64,000 nucleotides of DNA from Octopus sinensis (taxonomy: Eukaryota), in contig NC_043004.1 in the NCBI RefSeq assembly GCF_006345805.1, forward strand, positions 71,796,001-71,860,000, in the 5' to 3' direction. The notes beneath the pieces were generated by a model. That model saw only the letters and a list, made by a program, of their open reading frames with translations, was not told the DNA's origin and did no database searches. Position numbers and translations under genes: made by a program. This document shows positions 14,035 to 27,859 of this stretch, in pieces. Numbering within the stretch: the stretch's first letter is position 1; every line of letters begins with the position of its first letter.

Positions 14035-15691
14035 CTGTAGAGATGTTTGTATGTATGTGTGTACCCGAAATGACTCAGAAATAGTATATTTTATCTTAAT
14101 TGTTTTTGCATACATATTTTCACACCTACCTTCGGCAGTGCAATAAAATTTTTGTGATATGTGGACCTCTATTTATTCCTGAAAACGATTAAACTGACTT
14201 TTTCTTTGTTATTTCTTGACGAAAAGAGAAACGTGATTTCCGTTACATGAACACACACACACATACAGAATCTACAAACATATAATGAATGTCAGCGCTA
14301 CAATCAACACAAACACACGTCCACTATTTGTAACATATACACACACACATAGTCTTTACCATCTCTAAGAAAAAATTTTTCACGTGTACAATATTTTAAT
14401 AATTTAGAAATATTTTTAACTGGATATGATTTCGAACATGTAAGTTATTTGGACAGTAGGTATTTATATTTTAGCTTTCATTAAAGAGGCAATATTTTCT
14501 TTAAAATTATTTTCAAGTGAATGGCGACCGTTTGCTTGTCATCCGGAGTTAGATAATTTCCGAAAATGTCTTTTTATTTATTTACATTTTTTTAGTGAAA
14601 GATTGGAGATAGTGAAAAATGTTTGTACGTATATATGAATTGTACGTGTGTGTTTTTGAAAGAGAGAGCACGAGAGAGGGAGAGAAAAATTGAGAGAGAG
14701 AAAGAGAGGGAGTGAAGGGGTGTGTTATCATGTATATATACGTACATCAGTACATATACATACATCTTTTTTGTATGTACGTGAGCAGGTGTGTGTGCGA
14801 GAGAGAGAAAGTGGGTGAGTGTGATCTCATGCTGTGTAAGTGGCTCTCTCGCTGTTTGTCTCTCTCTCTCTCACACACACACACGTTCATTTCATATACA
14901 CGTTCATACATCTTTCACTTTATTCCCTTTCACTTTAAAACAAATGAAAATAAATTTTTTTTTTTTTTACGGATATTAACGAACAAAACTAGCTAATCCA
15001 GGTGACAGTTCTGAGAGTGAAACCGGAAGATCGCCCCGAGAGAATACCATTACAAAGCTTTTTAGAATGCATTCGATGTCACATTCGTTGAACGCATGCG
15101 AGATACCTGGAAAAGCAAAAAAACACGAAACAGAACTCCGTTGCTCGGAAACTCAGACTTTCCAGGTGACCCAACGGGTCATGGGTAGTCTAGTATATAT
15201 ATATATTTCGGGTACACACGAACATTTCTAGAGTTTTAGTATCATATATATTCATACACACGCACACACACACACACACATACACACACACACACACATA
15301 CACACACTCACATATCTATATATCTATATCTATATCTATCTATCTATATATATATATTACTCTGGCTATCCCAAATATATTCATACAAACATATACATAC
15401 ATACACACGCAAACACATGCGTACACAGACATACATACGTGTCCATCCATGCAACTATTTTCTCCACGCACTACTAGGAGTGTAAATGTGAATTAGGGTT
15501 AGGATTAGGGTTAGTTCCCTGGAACCTCCTCCATATGGTCCTACCAGAGGCAACCGTCATTAGATTTTCCGGATGGATTCCAAAGCATCACTAAATAAGA
15601 TTATAGATACTTAATATGATATATATATATATTTCGGGTACACACGAACATTTCTAGAGTTTTAGTATCATAACTCACGCACACACACACA

Positions 15692-15732
<41 letters not shown>

Positions 15733-15870
15733 ACACTCACATATCTATATATCTATATCTATATCTATCTATATATATATATATATTACTCTGGCTATCC
15801 CAAATATATTCATACAAACATATACATACATACACACGCAAACACATGCGTACACATGCGTATATATATA

Positions 15871-16240
15871 GGCGCAGGAGTGGCTGTGTGGTAAGTAGCT
15901 TGCTAACCAACCACATGGTTCCGGGTTCAGTCCCACTGCGTGGCACCTTGGGCAAGTGTCTTCTGCTATAGCCCCGGGCCGACCAATGCCTTGTGAGTGG
16001 ATTTGGTAGACGGAAACTGAAAGAAGCCTGTCGTATATATGTATATATATGTATATATATGTATGTGTGTGTGTGTGTTGTGTTTGTCCCCCTAGCATTG
16101 CTTGACAACCGATGCTGGTGTGCTTATGTCCCCGTTACTTGGCGGTTCGGCAAAAGAGACCGATAGAATAAGTACTAAAGGCGGTGCCCCAGCATGGCCG
16201 CAGTCAAATGACTGAAACAAGTAAAAAGAGTAAAAAAGAG
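15871..16240 (+). mobile_element. tRNA-derived SINE family B
   Basis: ggcgcaggagtggctgtgtgg (A box) ... gggttcagtcc (B box), internal TA/TG tract, tail gactgaaacaagtaaaagagta; homologous to 48000-48410. Confidence 0.85.
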
Positions 16241-16299
16241 TATACCATCCAACTATTTCGTTCTCGGTCTACCTTAAGTTCTGTCGATTGATTTAGTTT

Positions 16300-17720
16300 G
16301 AAAAATTCATCTTACGATCCCCTCCTGCGACCTTCTAATAACGTGTCTATAGTACTGGAGCTGTGACCTCTCAATGAGGATACGTGGCAGTTCGACCTGA
16401 AGGGACACCCTATCTCCAAGCTACGCAACCTGGCAAATGACATTAGTCCAAACGTCGGTATGAGGAACCTCATATCGGCCGTTTGTATTCGCAATCGCAT
16501 TCGTTCAGTTATTATTCAACTTTCATGAAAATAGGTGAGGATAAGTACAACATCCGAACTGGAGATAGCGTGTTTGGCTTATTGAGTTACCGCTCTTTTT
16601 CTACCGATTGAATACAAGAACTGATACATTGCATTTCAATTCTAGCATTCAGTTCAACCTCCTGCTTGCCATCACTCGTAAATATGGCCCCAAGGTACCT
16701 GCTCCACTAACACATACAGTTTACTGAAAGATTCTCTTGAGAATTCCAGTTTCACAGTCTTCACACCACTTGTCCTCATCCTTGTCTTGCAGCACTCGGC
16801 AACGAACTCATTCAATGTATGCTAGAAATCGTCTGCTGCTGAGTCGAGTAACAAAAGATACCTCTAAATATCAGCCGGCTGATCCTAAGCATAACGATTG
16901 TAAATCACTTCCCAAGGGATACGCATATCAATCCAGTTCATAAGGTATATGGACAGGAGTGGTGGAAATACGTACCTCTGCCAAAATCCATATTGAACAG
17001 TTTCGACTTAACAACATTTATCCGAACACAACCCGGCAATCCCAAATTCCACCTAAACCTGCACAGCAAGCCTTTTTGAGGCATATAATGCAATTGTACA
17101 CTTATTGGTTATAATACCACGATTTATCGAAGACATGCCGTCGAGTGGTTCGTTGTGCTACGTCACGGAGGGAATTCACACTGTTCTCCAGCAAGCTCAA
17201 GCTCCACAGTTTCCTTACTTCTCTTCTCCAGACACTGCGCACAGACTTTACCGGAGCAGCTAAATATGGACATTCTTCTATAACCAGAACACTCCCTCTT
17301 GCAGGACTTTAAAAAATAAGGGGTTTTCATCTCGGATTGCTATTGCTTTGGTGTTTTTTTTTTCAGATCTCCATGGCACCTGGCATAAACGAATCACCCA
17401 GAAAATAACTTTTCTAACTAAAAACGTTAACATATAAGTCCAAATACCATCCTCACAGGCGGTCCTGCTGCATTTCAGCTCTGCAGTCACCTTAAGGACT
17501 TCAATCTCTGGAGATAGCCTTCGCCTCGAGATTCACCACATGTCCACGGGTTGGTTTTACTGGATTAAAGAGATCATAAAAATTTTCTCTCCATTTCCCA
17601 GGAATGCTGTTCTCCGTAGAGAGAAAAGTCACAAAGAGAGTTCTTAATGGCAGGAGTGGAATAAAACTTCTTGTAACGAAGTCAGTGGCACAATACTCTA
17701 CCACGGAGGAATCGACGTAA
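16300..17720 (-). mobile_element. Degraded RTE-clade (Expander-like) LINE
   Basis: Fragments GKWRENFYDLFNP, IFWVIRLCQVPWRS, HTLNEFVAECC, FTSDGKQEVELNARI, MRLRIQTADMRFL. Confidence 0.6.
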
Positions 17721-17924
17721 GCTTCAATAATGAACCGCGATAGGTGAATCGCTCTATGGCGAGGGATCTAGATGTAGGAAGGAAGTTAGCTTCAAGCAAC
17801 CCGTAGTAAATATGAAAACCAATTTGCAGGGACAATAGTAACTTATGCGAACGGAAGTTTATGGATTTCTTCGTATCGAAGTACGATAAACTGAAAGAAG
17901 TTCCTTTTATATTTCACAGTGGGA

Positions 17925-18140
17925 AGGCGGCGAGCTAGCAGAAACGTTAGCACGCCGGGCGAAATGCTTAGCGGTATTTCGTCTGCCGCTACGTTCTGAG
18001 TTCAAATTCCGCCGAGGTTAACTTTGCCTTTCATCCTCTCGAGGTCGATAAATTATGTGGGTCGTTGTAATCGGCTTAATCATTTTGTCTGTCCTTGTTT
18101 GTCCCCGCTGTGTTTAGCCCCTTGTGGGTAGTAAAGAAAT
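17925..18140 (+). mobile_element. SINE family A
   Basis: ggcggcgagctagcagaaacgttagcacg...gagttcaaattccgccgagg...gtttagccccttgtgggtagtaaagaaata. Confidence 0.85.
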
Positions 18141-18639
18141 ATATATTTCACGGTGGGCGACCAGGGTTGCCGTGTATGCGAATAATATTACAGAACTTAA
18201 TGAAGGAAGTAGATAGGATTCGGGCGGCATCTGTTTCATAGCCAGTGGAGCCTCGGAAGTGGTAAATATCCAAATGAGATGTATGCTGCAGGTTACTCGT
18301 CAGCCCATGTGTATCTTGATTAAACGAAAGTTTACATTGTCACAATGAGGTACACGTTAACACACAGGACGTTCGATCAGAATGCAAAGGGGGAGAGAGA
18401 GAAAGAGAGAGAGACTCAAAGATAGAGGGCGAGAGCCAGAGAGAGAGAGAATATGTAGCATTCCTATTACAGATTACAAAATGGCGGCTTAGACAATCTT
18501 TCTAATATGTTTTTAATAAATAGAGAATTTAAGGTCCTTTCAATCACCCTCGTTTCCCACAACCGCTGAGCTTTTCTGGGTTCTTTTGTTTGTTTGTGTG
18601 TTTGTTTTGCTTTGCTTTTTTCCCAAGGGTTTGTAATTA

Positions 18640-18671
18640 CTAATTGTCTTTCTTAAATACTTTCACTTTCA
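18640..18671 (-). CDS. Candidate terminal coding exon of the PAN-domain gene
   Basis: Acceptor ctattttctttgtgtcag; phase 1 gives (V)KVKVFKKDN-stop; short and not independently supported. Confidence 0.3.
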
Positions 18672-18911
18672 CTGACACAAAGAAAATAGATAAAAAACTA
18701 GCTTGCAAGAAAATAATTAGTATGTAAGTATGCATACATTTAAACATATACAAATACCATCTATACATACACATATATACACACACTAGTCATACATACA
18801 CACAGACATATACTCATCTCTCACATTCATTCATATACACAAATATATGTGCTTACAAACATAAAATGTACAAGTATTTGTACTCAAAACAAGAAGACAT
18901 ATGTTACATAC

Positions 18912-19018
18912 CGTTCATCATTTTGCGATAGAGTATGCGTATTCCATTTTCCATTTTGCCTTCCATCCAGTTATCGTAATCATTAGTTGTTCCCCAATCC
19001 ACACGAAAACGCGGTTGT
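18912..19018 (-). CDS. Coding exon 4 of secreted PAN-domain protein gene
   Basis: ttaatttcag acceptor, G|GTATGT donor; 107 nt, phase 2 in and phase 1 out; (K)QPRFRVDWGTTNDYDNWMEGKMENGIRILYRKMMN. Confidence 0.7.
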
Positions 19019-19415
19019 CTGAAATTAATGTTACAATTGATAAATTTAATAAAGTTCATCATAATGTAAAATTTTTACAACTAAATTTACAACAATCCCT
19101 TCTGCTTCATTAAATTGATGAATAAACATTTTCATCTTTGAGATTAATGATTGTCTCATACCCTGTGATATTTCGTTTTTGGATTTGGTTTGCAAGATTC
19201 GTTATAGGAGTTCGTGTGTTGAAGCATATTCTATTGTGTCTTAGGAGAGTCATTTTCTTTCTGTGCCTTATTATGTAACACACTCACCGGTAAAATTCCG
19301 GCGTTTTTCTTGTATGTGTTGCATCGTATCTAGATACTTGATTATATTCTTTTGGGATCACATTTGAAATACAACGGATAATCTATTCCCTGTTTCCTCC
19401 AAATACTGCAAACAG

Positions 19416-19674
19416 TATTTTTTGGTTTTTGTTTTTTGCTTGTTGTTTTTTGGTTTTTGTACATTTTTAAATATGAGAACTTTTATAATAGGTTTTATAT
19501 TCAATTGTTTATAGGGTTTATTTTAGATTATTTTAGATTATCTATATATAATCAATATATAATCTAAAATAAACCCTATAAACAATTGAATATAAAAACC
19601 TATTATAAAAGTTCTCATATTTAAAAATGTACAAAAACCAAAAAACAACAAGCAAAAAACAAAAACCAAAAAAT
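19416..19674. repeat. Fold-back palindrome, ~115-bp arms
   Basis: 19416-19530 is reverse-complementary to ~19558-19674 with one indel. Confidence 0.85.
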
Positions 19675-21099
19675 AAAAAACAAAAAACAAAAAATAAACT
19701 ATATATACACACACATGCTCATACACTCAACACATTACTTATTCATACTTCCTCACACACACATACAACACTCATTCATAAACAATATACATATACCCGC
19801 TCACACATACATATACATACACATACATACAGAACACGATATATACCAATATATAAACACCCACACCCATACAGATAAATAAATTACGCAAACAATCACA
19901 CACACACACACACACATTCACACATACATAAACACTCAAAAGAAAACCGAACAATTCTTTGCTCGTGGATATCAAACGTTTTTTAAAAAATTATGAATGG
20001 AAATGAAATCCATACATACAAGTATAAATATAACTATACAACCCCTAACACAATACACACAAATACACACCCATATATACACACACCCACAAACATAACC
20101 ATATATACACTCACACATACATATACATACGTACAAATCTCGATAGAAACAAACTTTAATAAAACGACCATGATAAACGAAAACTCATATATATATTAAT
20201 ATATATATAAAATATAAAATAGTGTGTACACGCAGACGGGTGCAATCACACGCACATTCAAAACTTACATGTATACAAGTGCATAAATAATCACACCCAA
20301 TTACAAAGCACTCATACACTCCCAAATCTACACTTACACTTGTACACTCGCACACATACATACACACCCATACCTACATACAAAAATTCTTATTAAAATA
20401 ATCATGATAAATAAAATCCATACATACAAGTATAAATATAAAGATACAACCCCTTACACAATACACACAAATACACACACATATATACACACACCCACAA
20501 ACATAACCATATACACACTCACACATACAAATACATACGTACAAAACTCGATACAAGCAAATACGCACACACACACACATTCACACATACATAAACATAC
20601 AAAAGAAAAACAACATTTCTACACATAATACGATATATAAAATACTCCATAAGTAATCAGATTATCATAAGTAACAAGATTAACACAAGGAGAAAAATAA
20701 ACATACCTTCTAATCAGTATCAAATTTTGAAGTGAATTTTAACACTATCCGTTATTACAATAAACAAAAATTACGTTACCATGGAACCGAACATATAAAA
20801 ATAATTTGCGCTACGTAAAAACAGCGTCATTAAAATTATGAATGGAATATAAAATTCTTTGAGCGTAGTAAACAAACGTAAATTAAAAAATTATGAATGG
20901 AATATACAAACCTTTCTACAAATGCTTTAAAAAAACCATAAAAAACGAAAACTCATATAGATATTAATATATATATATAAAAATAATTTTAGATTATATA
21001 TTGATTATATATAGATTATATATAGATTATATATTTTTATTTTCATTGATAATTTTATTATTTTATTATTTTAAATTATATTAAATTATATTTTAAAAT

Positions 21100-21345
21100 A
21101 TTGATATTTTTAGATCGAAAATCCACCTGAAGATTGTCGGTAGCAGACATGAAACAATTGTTGTGGCGGTTTATTTAATTTATATTAAAATGTTATGTAT
21201 TGATTAAGTCTTTTCTTGTTTGGTTTTAAAATAGTGGTTTTGTCTCGAATTATATTATATAATATTTTACTATAAAATTGGATTTAACCCTAAATCTGAT
21301 TTTTTCCCTGTAATTTTGGATTCATTCCCTAATATTTATTATTAT
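21100..21345 (+). mobile_element. Penelope-like element terminal repeat (pLTR) fragment ending in (TA)n
   Basis: Homologous to 36780-37005 (aatagtggttttgtctc...ccctaatatttattattatatata); contains a hammerhead. Confidence 0.7.
21123..21166 (+). ncRNA. Minimal type I hammerhead ribozyme
   Basis: ccac CTGAAGA t tgtc ggtagca gaca t GAAA caattg tt gtgg: core, stems I/II and palindromic stem III; GUU triplet. Confidence 0.7.
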
Positions 21346-21399
21346 ATATATATATGTATATATATATATTATCATGGCTTGTTCACAGCTAATGTTTCC

Positions 21400-22750
21400 A
21401 GGTTCCATGTGTGGGAAATACTGTCAAAACTTTTCGATAATCAATCAAAGTCATGCTGAAACACTTCTTTTTTTTGTGGCTATCTTCAGTAATAGCTTTA
21501 TTGACCAATTAACTTTATTAATATTTACAGCATTATGAACATTGGAAGCATCTCTTTTGCTGTTCAGGAATTAAGTCGTTATCTTTTAGGTATCCATTCT
21601 AGAGATATGTAATATTATTGCAGTTAAGGCTTATAAGTTGTACCGAGAATATTATGTTCCAGTAGTTTTGTAGATTTGTTGCTTCAGTTCATTTGGGAAT
21701 GTGTATAATTGTCCCTTCTTTGAGCCATTTAAGTATTGTCTCTGAATTTGTTAAGACATTATTGAACATCTCTTATGTATACTTGTTAAATATTTAAACT
21801 ACAAGCTGGGTATTTTATTGTACCCTGGCAACTTCTGTTTGCTTAGTTTTTGTAGTGTCCGAATTACCTCTTTCGCTATATAACCTGAGTAGAGATTTAC
21901 TTTCCATTTTCTCATGCCATAGCTAATTAACGCTCTTATGCTGTCTGCAATACTGAATATACTCACACATTTACCTATTCACGAGTGTGAACTCCTGCCT
22001 TAAGATTTCTTATAATCTGTCCACGCTATTGTTAATCTTTCTTTCAAGATTTCACTTATTTTAGAAGAAAAAGAGAGAAAACCTGAAATCTCCAAGACGC
22101 AGAACATTCATAACTGAAATGAGAGAGGTTAATATCAAATGGCCGAATTCAGAGAAAACTGCAACCAACGAAAGCCAGTGGCATCAACCTGCTGTGTTCG
22201 AGCGGATTAATACTTATGCTGATGCTGAGGAGGATATCTGGTCTATGATGCTCATTTCCCTTTATTTAGATGTCAAAACGTCTATAGAATTTTCGATGTA
22301 ACATGTCCATGTAGGGCCTTTTGTAGCACATGATTGTGCTTTTTGTTTGAGGTATTTACGCCATTTGTTAATTTTGCTAAGCAATCATTGATAAAACTTA
22401 TGACGCCACTTGTATTCTTCTTGTGTTAACATTTTACAGCCTTCTAAAATATTATTAATATTTCTCTCATACTGATTATATAAGTGGCCCTTACTCGCTC
22501 AAGCGATAGGGTAAGTAACCCCACTCACTGAATTAATGCTTAAAGCCTTAGCTTGAGAAAGGATCATCAGACTTTTAGTTTCTTTTTAATAATTTCCATT
22601 CTGCGATGAGTCATGTGTTTCCACAATCTTGGTTTCTCCTTCGAACTCACTGCATTTCTCCTAACAATTGCATTCTGTCACAAACCTTTACTGCTCTTTC
22701 TTCACTCTCTTCAAGTTCAACAAACATCATAGTTCTATTACAACATCAGT
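21400..22750 (-). mobile_element. Highly degraded R4/RLE-type LINE RT region
   Basis: Remnants KLPGYNKIPSL.FKYL (cf. KSPGPDKI.NYWLK) and ISLNCNNITYL (cf. YRPITCL); many stops. Confidence 0.45.
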
Positions 22751-22764
22751 ATAAGTTTTTCAGT

Positions 22765-23065
22765 CGTTACTACTACTACTACTACTACCACCACCACCAC
22801 CACCACCACCATCACCACCATCACCACTACCACCACCACCACCACTACCACCACTATCACCACCACCACTATTACCACTACCACCATAACCACTACTACT
22901 ACTACAACTACTAGTAGTAATACTACTACTACTAATATTAGTACTACTACTACCACCACCTCAGCCACCACCACTATCACTACTACCACCACTATCACCA
23001 CCACCACCACCACTACCACCACCACCACTATCACCACTACCACTACTACTACTACTACCTCTACT
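22765..23065. repeat. (ACT)/(ACC) compound microsatellite
   Basis: Direct reading. Confidence 0.95.
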
Positions 23066-23127
23066 CTAGAGGATAAGCAAGGTATCAAATAACGTTTTGA
23101 ATACAAATCCCACCAAGGCTTTACCTA

Positions 23128-24407
23128 CGAGGGGCATTCAATAAGTAATGCCCCTGACCCACTTCCTATAGCAGTAGAGCAACGAAACTTGGCACAGTTA
23201 TTAGTCTTTTTCTACATAGGAACCACCCAGAGTTACGCATTTCTACCATCGTTTGATGCAGCTCTGGAGACCGTTTTTGTAGAAGACCCCAGCTTGGTCC
23301 TCCAATCTGAACGTGACTTCAGAAATCAAGGCTGCATCATCTGGGAAACGCTTTCCTTCAAAAACAACTTCATGACTGGGAAGAGGTGAAAATCTGAGGG
23401 TGCAAGGTCAGGAAGTAGGGGGATGGGGGAGGAGTTCATAGCCATACGCCTGTGCTTCTGATCTGGCGACAAGCGAGTTGTGGACGGAGCGTTGTCCTGC
23501 AGGAGGAGGATGCCTTTGCTGATCTTGCCCCGCCTCTAGATTTTGATAACTTCTCTTAATTTCCTCAAAAGTGAAGCATAATAGGCTCCTGTAATTGTGG
23601 TATCCTTTGCCAGGAAATCTGTCATCACTACTCCGTCCTGGTCCCAGAAGACTGTGAGCATGACCTTGCCAGCGGAGGGCTGCACCCTTGCCTTCTTTGG
23701 AGGGCGTGAGTCACGGTGCTTCCACTGCATTGACTGGGCTTTGGTCTCTGGATCATCGTGATGGACCCAGGTTTCATCCTGTGTAATCAGTCTTTTGAAA
23801 AAGTTTGACTCATCTTCTTGGCACATCTCCAAATTCACCCTCGAGCACTCGACGCGTTCTTGCTTCTGGAAAGGCGTGAGCAACCTGGGAATCCATCTGG
23901 CAGACACCTTTTGCATATGCAAATGGTCATGAATGATAGTTTCCACAGACCCGGTACTAATCTTGACCTCATGGGCTATTTGGCAAATAATTATGCGTCG
24001 ATCTTCCAAAATGGCAGCCTCAACTTGACGGACAGATGCCTCATCAATGGCAAAAGGGGGCGACCGGATCTGGGAGCTGTTTTCACAGAGTTCCGACCAT
24101 GTTTGAATTCACGATGACAGCGTTTTACAAGGTCATATGATGGGGCATCATCACCATAAGTTACTTTCATTTCATCAAAAGTCTCCCGTGGTGTGCGTCC
24201 TTTCAAATACAAAAACCGGATCACTGCTCGACACTCAACAGGCTCCATTTCACACTTGCCTCAGTTCAAACACCTGTAAATCAGAAACCAGAATTAGTTC
24301 AGAGCTGTAATTTGTCACTTACTCTATAGAGATATAAATAATTGCACATGCAGCTAGATCCAACAACTGCAAATGGGTCAGGGGCATTACTTATTGAACG
24401 TCCCTCG
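23128..24407 (-). mobile_element. Full-length (1280 bp) mariner transposon with TA TSD; transposase disrupted
   Basis: 33-bp TIRs cgaggggcattcaataagtaatgcccctgaccc / gggtcaggggcattacttattgaacgtccctcg (2 mismatches), TA on both sides. Confidence 0.95.
23270..24248 (-). pseudogene. mariner DD34D transposase pseudogene
   Basis: ORFs 24248-23991 (HTH, APRSGRP) and 24009-23536 (VSARWIPRLL, ITQDETWVHH); LLQDNA and frameshifted HPPY(S)PDLAPSDF downstream. Confidence 0.9.
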
Positions 24408-24580
24408 TACATCTCATTATTCCAGAGTCGGTAAATTAATACCTGTTAATTAATGTACCCTATGAAATCGATTCAACCTTCCTTCAAAATATGTAAATCT
24501 ATGACTTTGTTAGGAATCATTATTACTATTATAATTAAACCATTAAAGATGTTAACAAAGAATAAGGGAATAATATATAC

Positions 24581-24729
24581 TTAATATCGATTGTACAGCT
24601 GAATCGAGGATCGGCTGGAAAAGGAAAAAAGAGGAGTTTATCTTCGTGGCACCACGATGTAATATTTGTCCCAGTTCCTTTGAAAATGAGTTTCTGACTT
24701 TCCTGTTCGTGTTTGAATCGTAATTCCAC
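24581..24729 (-). CDS. Coding exon 3 of secreted PAN-domain protein gene
   Basis: ttccatttgcag acceptor, AA|GTATAT donor; 149 nt, phase 0 in and phase 2 out; [49 protein letters not shown]. Confidence 0.72.
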
Positions 24730-25054
24730 CTGCAAATGGAAAGTTAACTAGGATCGTTAATCTAAGAGATTGATAGGGAGGTGAGCATCCCAAAGAAAAA
24801 GAAGATAAGGATGAAATACAGGGAAATGCAGAAAGTGCGAGAAAAAGATAGAGAGAAAAGTGGAGAAGAGTGAGAAATTTAAGCTCAGTGAGTCTTAGAA
24901 CAAAAGAGAGAAATAATAGAGAAGTTCGGAAAAGGAAGAGAGAGAGACGGGGTGAAAAAATAAGAGGGCAAAATGTAAGGAGATGGAGAAAGAGAGAGAG
25001 AAAGAAAGAGGAGAAAAAGAAAAAGTGTAAGATGAAGTTGAGGATTATGAGAGG

Positions 25055-25240
<186 letters not shown>

Positions 25241-25839
25241 AGAAATAAAATACAAAAGTAAGTCCGACCTCTCTGAATCACAATTATCACATTATCTCTA
25301 TCCATCTTTTTGTAACACATATCTACTAAATTTTGTAAGCCTAAACTTATAAAAACTCACCAAGCTTATTTCGAACTTAATATAGCAGTTAAAAAAATCT
25401 TGTTATTAATCTTTAAAATATGTATTCCATGTGTATCCAAGTTTAATTGCTCTTTCATCGCTCTTCCAACTCCTTCTTAAATCGCCTTTCTCATTTGTTC
25501 CAATGCTTACAATTACTTACACCTGTCATTCTTTCTACTCCAAGACCGGTAGACAGACTGAATCCTTTGTCATTCGGATCTTTTAACATCAGTTTATTTC
25601 ATAACCTAAAGATATTCCTGCTCAACACACTGAATCGAGTCTCCAAACCCATTAGCTCTGTTGCTGATTAAGGACTCCCCAATCTCTATTCCTTAACATT
25701 TGCCACATTGATATATTGTCTCTGAAATGATGAAACGCATATTCGACCACGACGATATTTTAACTTAAAAAGCGTTGCAACTAAATACCTCAATACATTG
25801 ATAGTATCTAACACTCTGGTGAATCTGCCAGCCTAATAA

Positions 25840-27830
25840 CAACAATAGCAGTTGCAGCAGCAACAAGAACATTAACAAGAGGCCAGGGAACAGAAGACAG
25901 AAGAAGAAAGAAGACATGCACCCAACACCACAGCTGAAGACACCTCCGAAAGTGGGGTGGAGCCACGTCAAAACACTAGAGGAATAGGGGTCGAAACCGG
26001 ACGTGGTTCCTCCTGATGATGTCTTGAGCTAAATGGAACCTATAAAGGAGCTGTTGTGGTAGCAGACCACGAGACACGGTTGTAATTCCTAACAAGTAAT
26101 AGATCAACATCAGCAAACCAGTCTCTTCAGAAATAATGAAGGACAATTTTATTACCAACAACTGAACATTTAGTATGAACGTCAGGAGAACGATATGCCA
26201 GTTGCTGAACCAGCAATGAACTTTTGGTCAGACACTTGAAGCAAAGTAGTTCAGCATAACGAGGAAGCGGACCAGTTGTGGCAATTCCAAAATGGAATAA
26301 AACAAGAAAATATAAATATTTTAGATTAGAAAGTAAAAGACTTGCTTAACAAAATGTCAAATTGCTACTACCCTGGACCACCTGGCATTCAGAGATTCTG
26401 GCCCAAACAGTTTTCAAAGATGCACAATTTTATATAATCATTTCTCACTGACGGTATTGAAAATAGAACACTAACATGTATGACAAAAGGAAAGGCAGTA
26501 CAAGGAAAGAAAGACAAAGAAAATGTAAGGGAAGACTGTAATTATAGACGTATGTATGCTTACCATTACTCGGAGAATTGCTAATTGGCTTCATATTAGA
26601 TGAAGTATATATCTTTCTGAAGACGGAGAATCTATTAACAGAGGCGTAAAAGCGAAGCAGAAGGCAAGGAACTGCTGGTCTGTTATATATTCATAAAAGA
26701 TGTTAAACGAGGTATTAAGGAGAATTTCGCTTTTGAACGGGTAAATTACAAGAAGGCTTATATTCCACTCTTTTAGAACATTCGAGGTCAATGACAAAGT
26801 ATACTTTTCTTTTAACAACAACGATAGTTTGGGAAGGAAAAATAGCACGCTTCAATGAATTGATAGGAGACGGGAAAATACGCAGAGGGAATTGCGCTCT
26901 CGGTTATTTATTTCCGTCGTTGTGTTAATTCTTCTGACAAGCATAGTCGAAAAATCCCAGGCCCATCTATGAGTTTGTCTAAACCATGAGTGAAGATAAA
27001 TCATCAACCAAGAACGGAAGGAGACAGGATTTTTAAAAGCAGAAAATATCATGCGAACTGCAATACTGAGGCTGAAAACCTACGTGGTATGTCATAAAGA
27101 AAGAACACTATCGGCTGCATGAGTTATCCAAGATGTTAGTGAAACAGTAGGAGAAATCATGTATAGAAGGATGAACAGCAGGACAAATAGCTGGAAAGAT
27201 AACGAATGACATGGCCAATTGGTGCAAGAAATCAACTAAGGAGCAAAGAACGCTGGTTATGGCTGACAGATGGAAACCTGAATCCAGGAACCGAATCGCT
27301 AGTGGTAGCCGATTTGGAACAAGATATTAAGGCAAGATCAGTCAGAGAAATATATAATCTGTGGAAAATGGGACGAAATTATTTACCATCTTTCGAATGA
27401 ATGCAGTAATTTAACACAAAAACAAAATAAGCGATGACATTACTGTGTACTTAAATTTGTACAATGAGATTTTAGACGAGTATATGTCTACGAAATAACA
27501 GGAAGGTGGTATGCGTATGAGCTAGAGGTTAGATTGTCAATGGAATTTACAATATGTTATGGGAACTACGCATAAACAATGACCAAATTACTGAACCAAA
27601 GACACTAGTTATGATTAGAGATAGGAAAAGGGAAGATTAAGACAACAATTATTCCGTGGTAGTTGTTGCTCTCTCATAACATCCAAAATGCTCAACACTG
27701 AAGGATATTGCGATTAAGACTAGAACTTTCAACCTGCAATCCCTTATGTAAAAATCCTAAGCAAGATTCTTGAGATTTGAGGGGACCTGTTATCATCTAA
27801 CTTCAAGACAACGACACTACTAAATGATGT
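25840..27830 (+). mobile_element. Degraded R4/Dong-like LINE (RT to RLE)
   Basis: KMSNCYYPGPPGIQRFW, VNYKKAY, WLTDGNLNPGTESLVVA motifs with many lesions. Confidence 0.6.
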
Positions 27831-27859
27831 AGCATTTAATAGATATAACAATAATAATT

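Noticed and set aside
15493-15514. TTAGGG-like repeats
   Set aside because: Under four imperfect units; too short to call interstitial telomere.
15871-15950. tRNA genes at SINE heads
   Set aside because: A and B boxes are present but no complete cloverleaf; each continues into SINE body sequence.
18478-18495. AAAATGGCGGC (YY1/initiator-like motif) downstream of GA repeats
   Set aside because: A single short motif with no supporting downstream exon.
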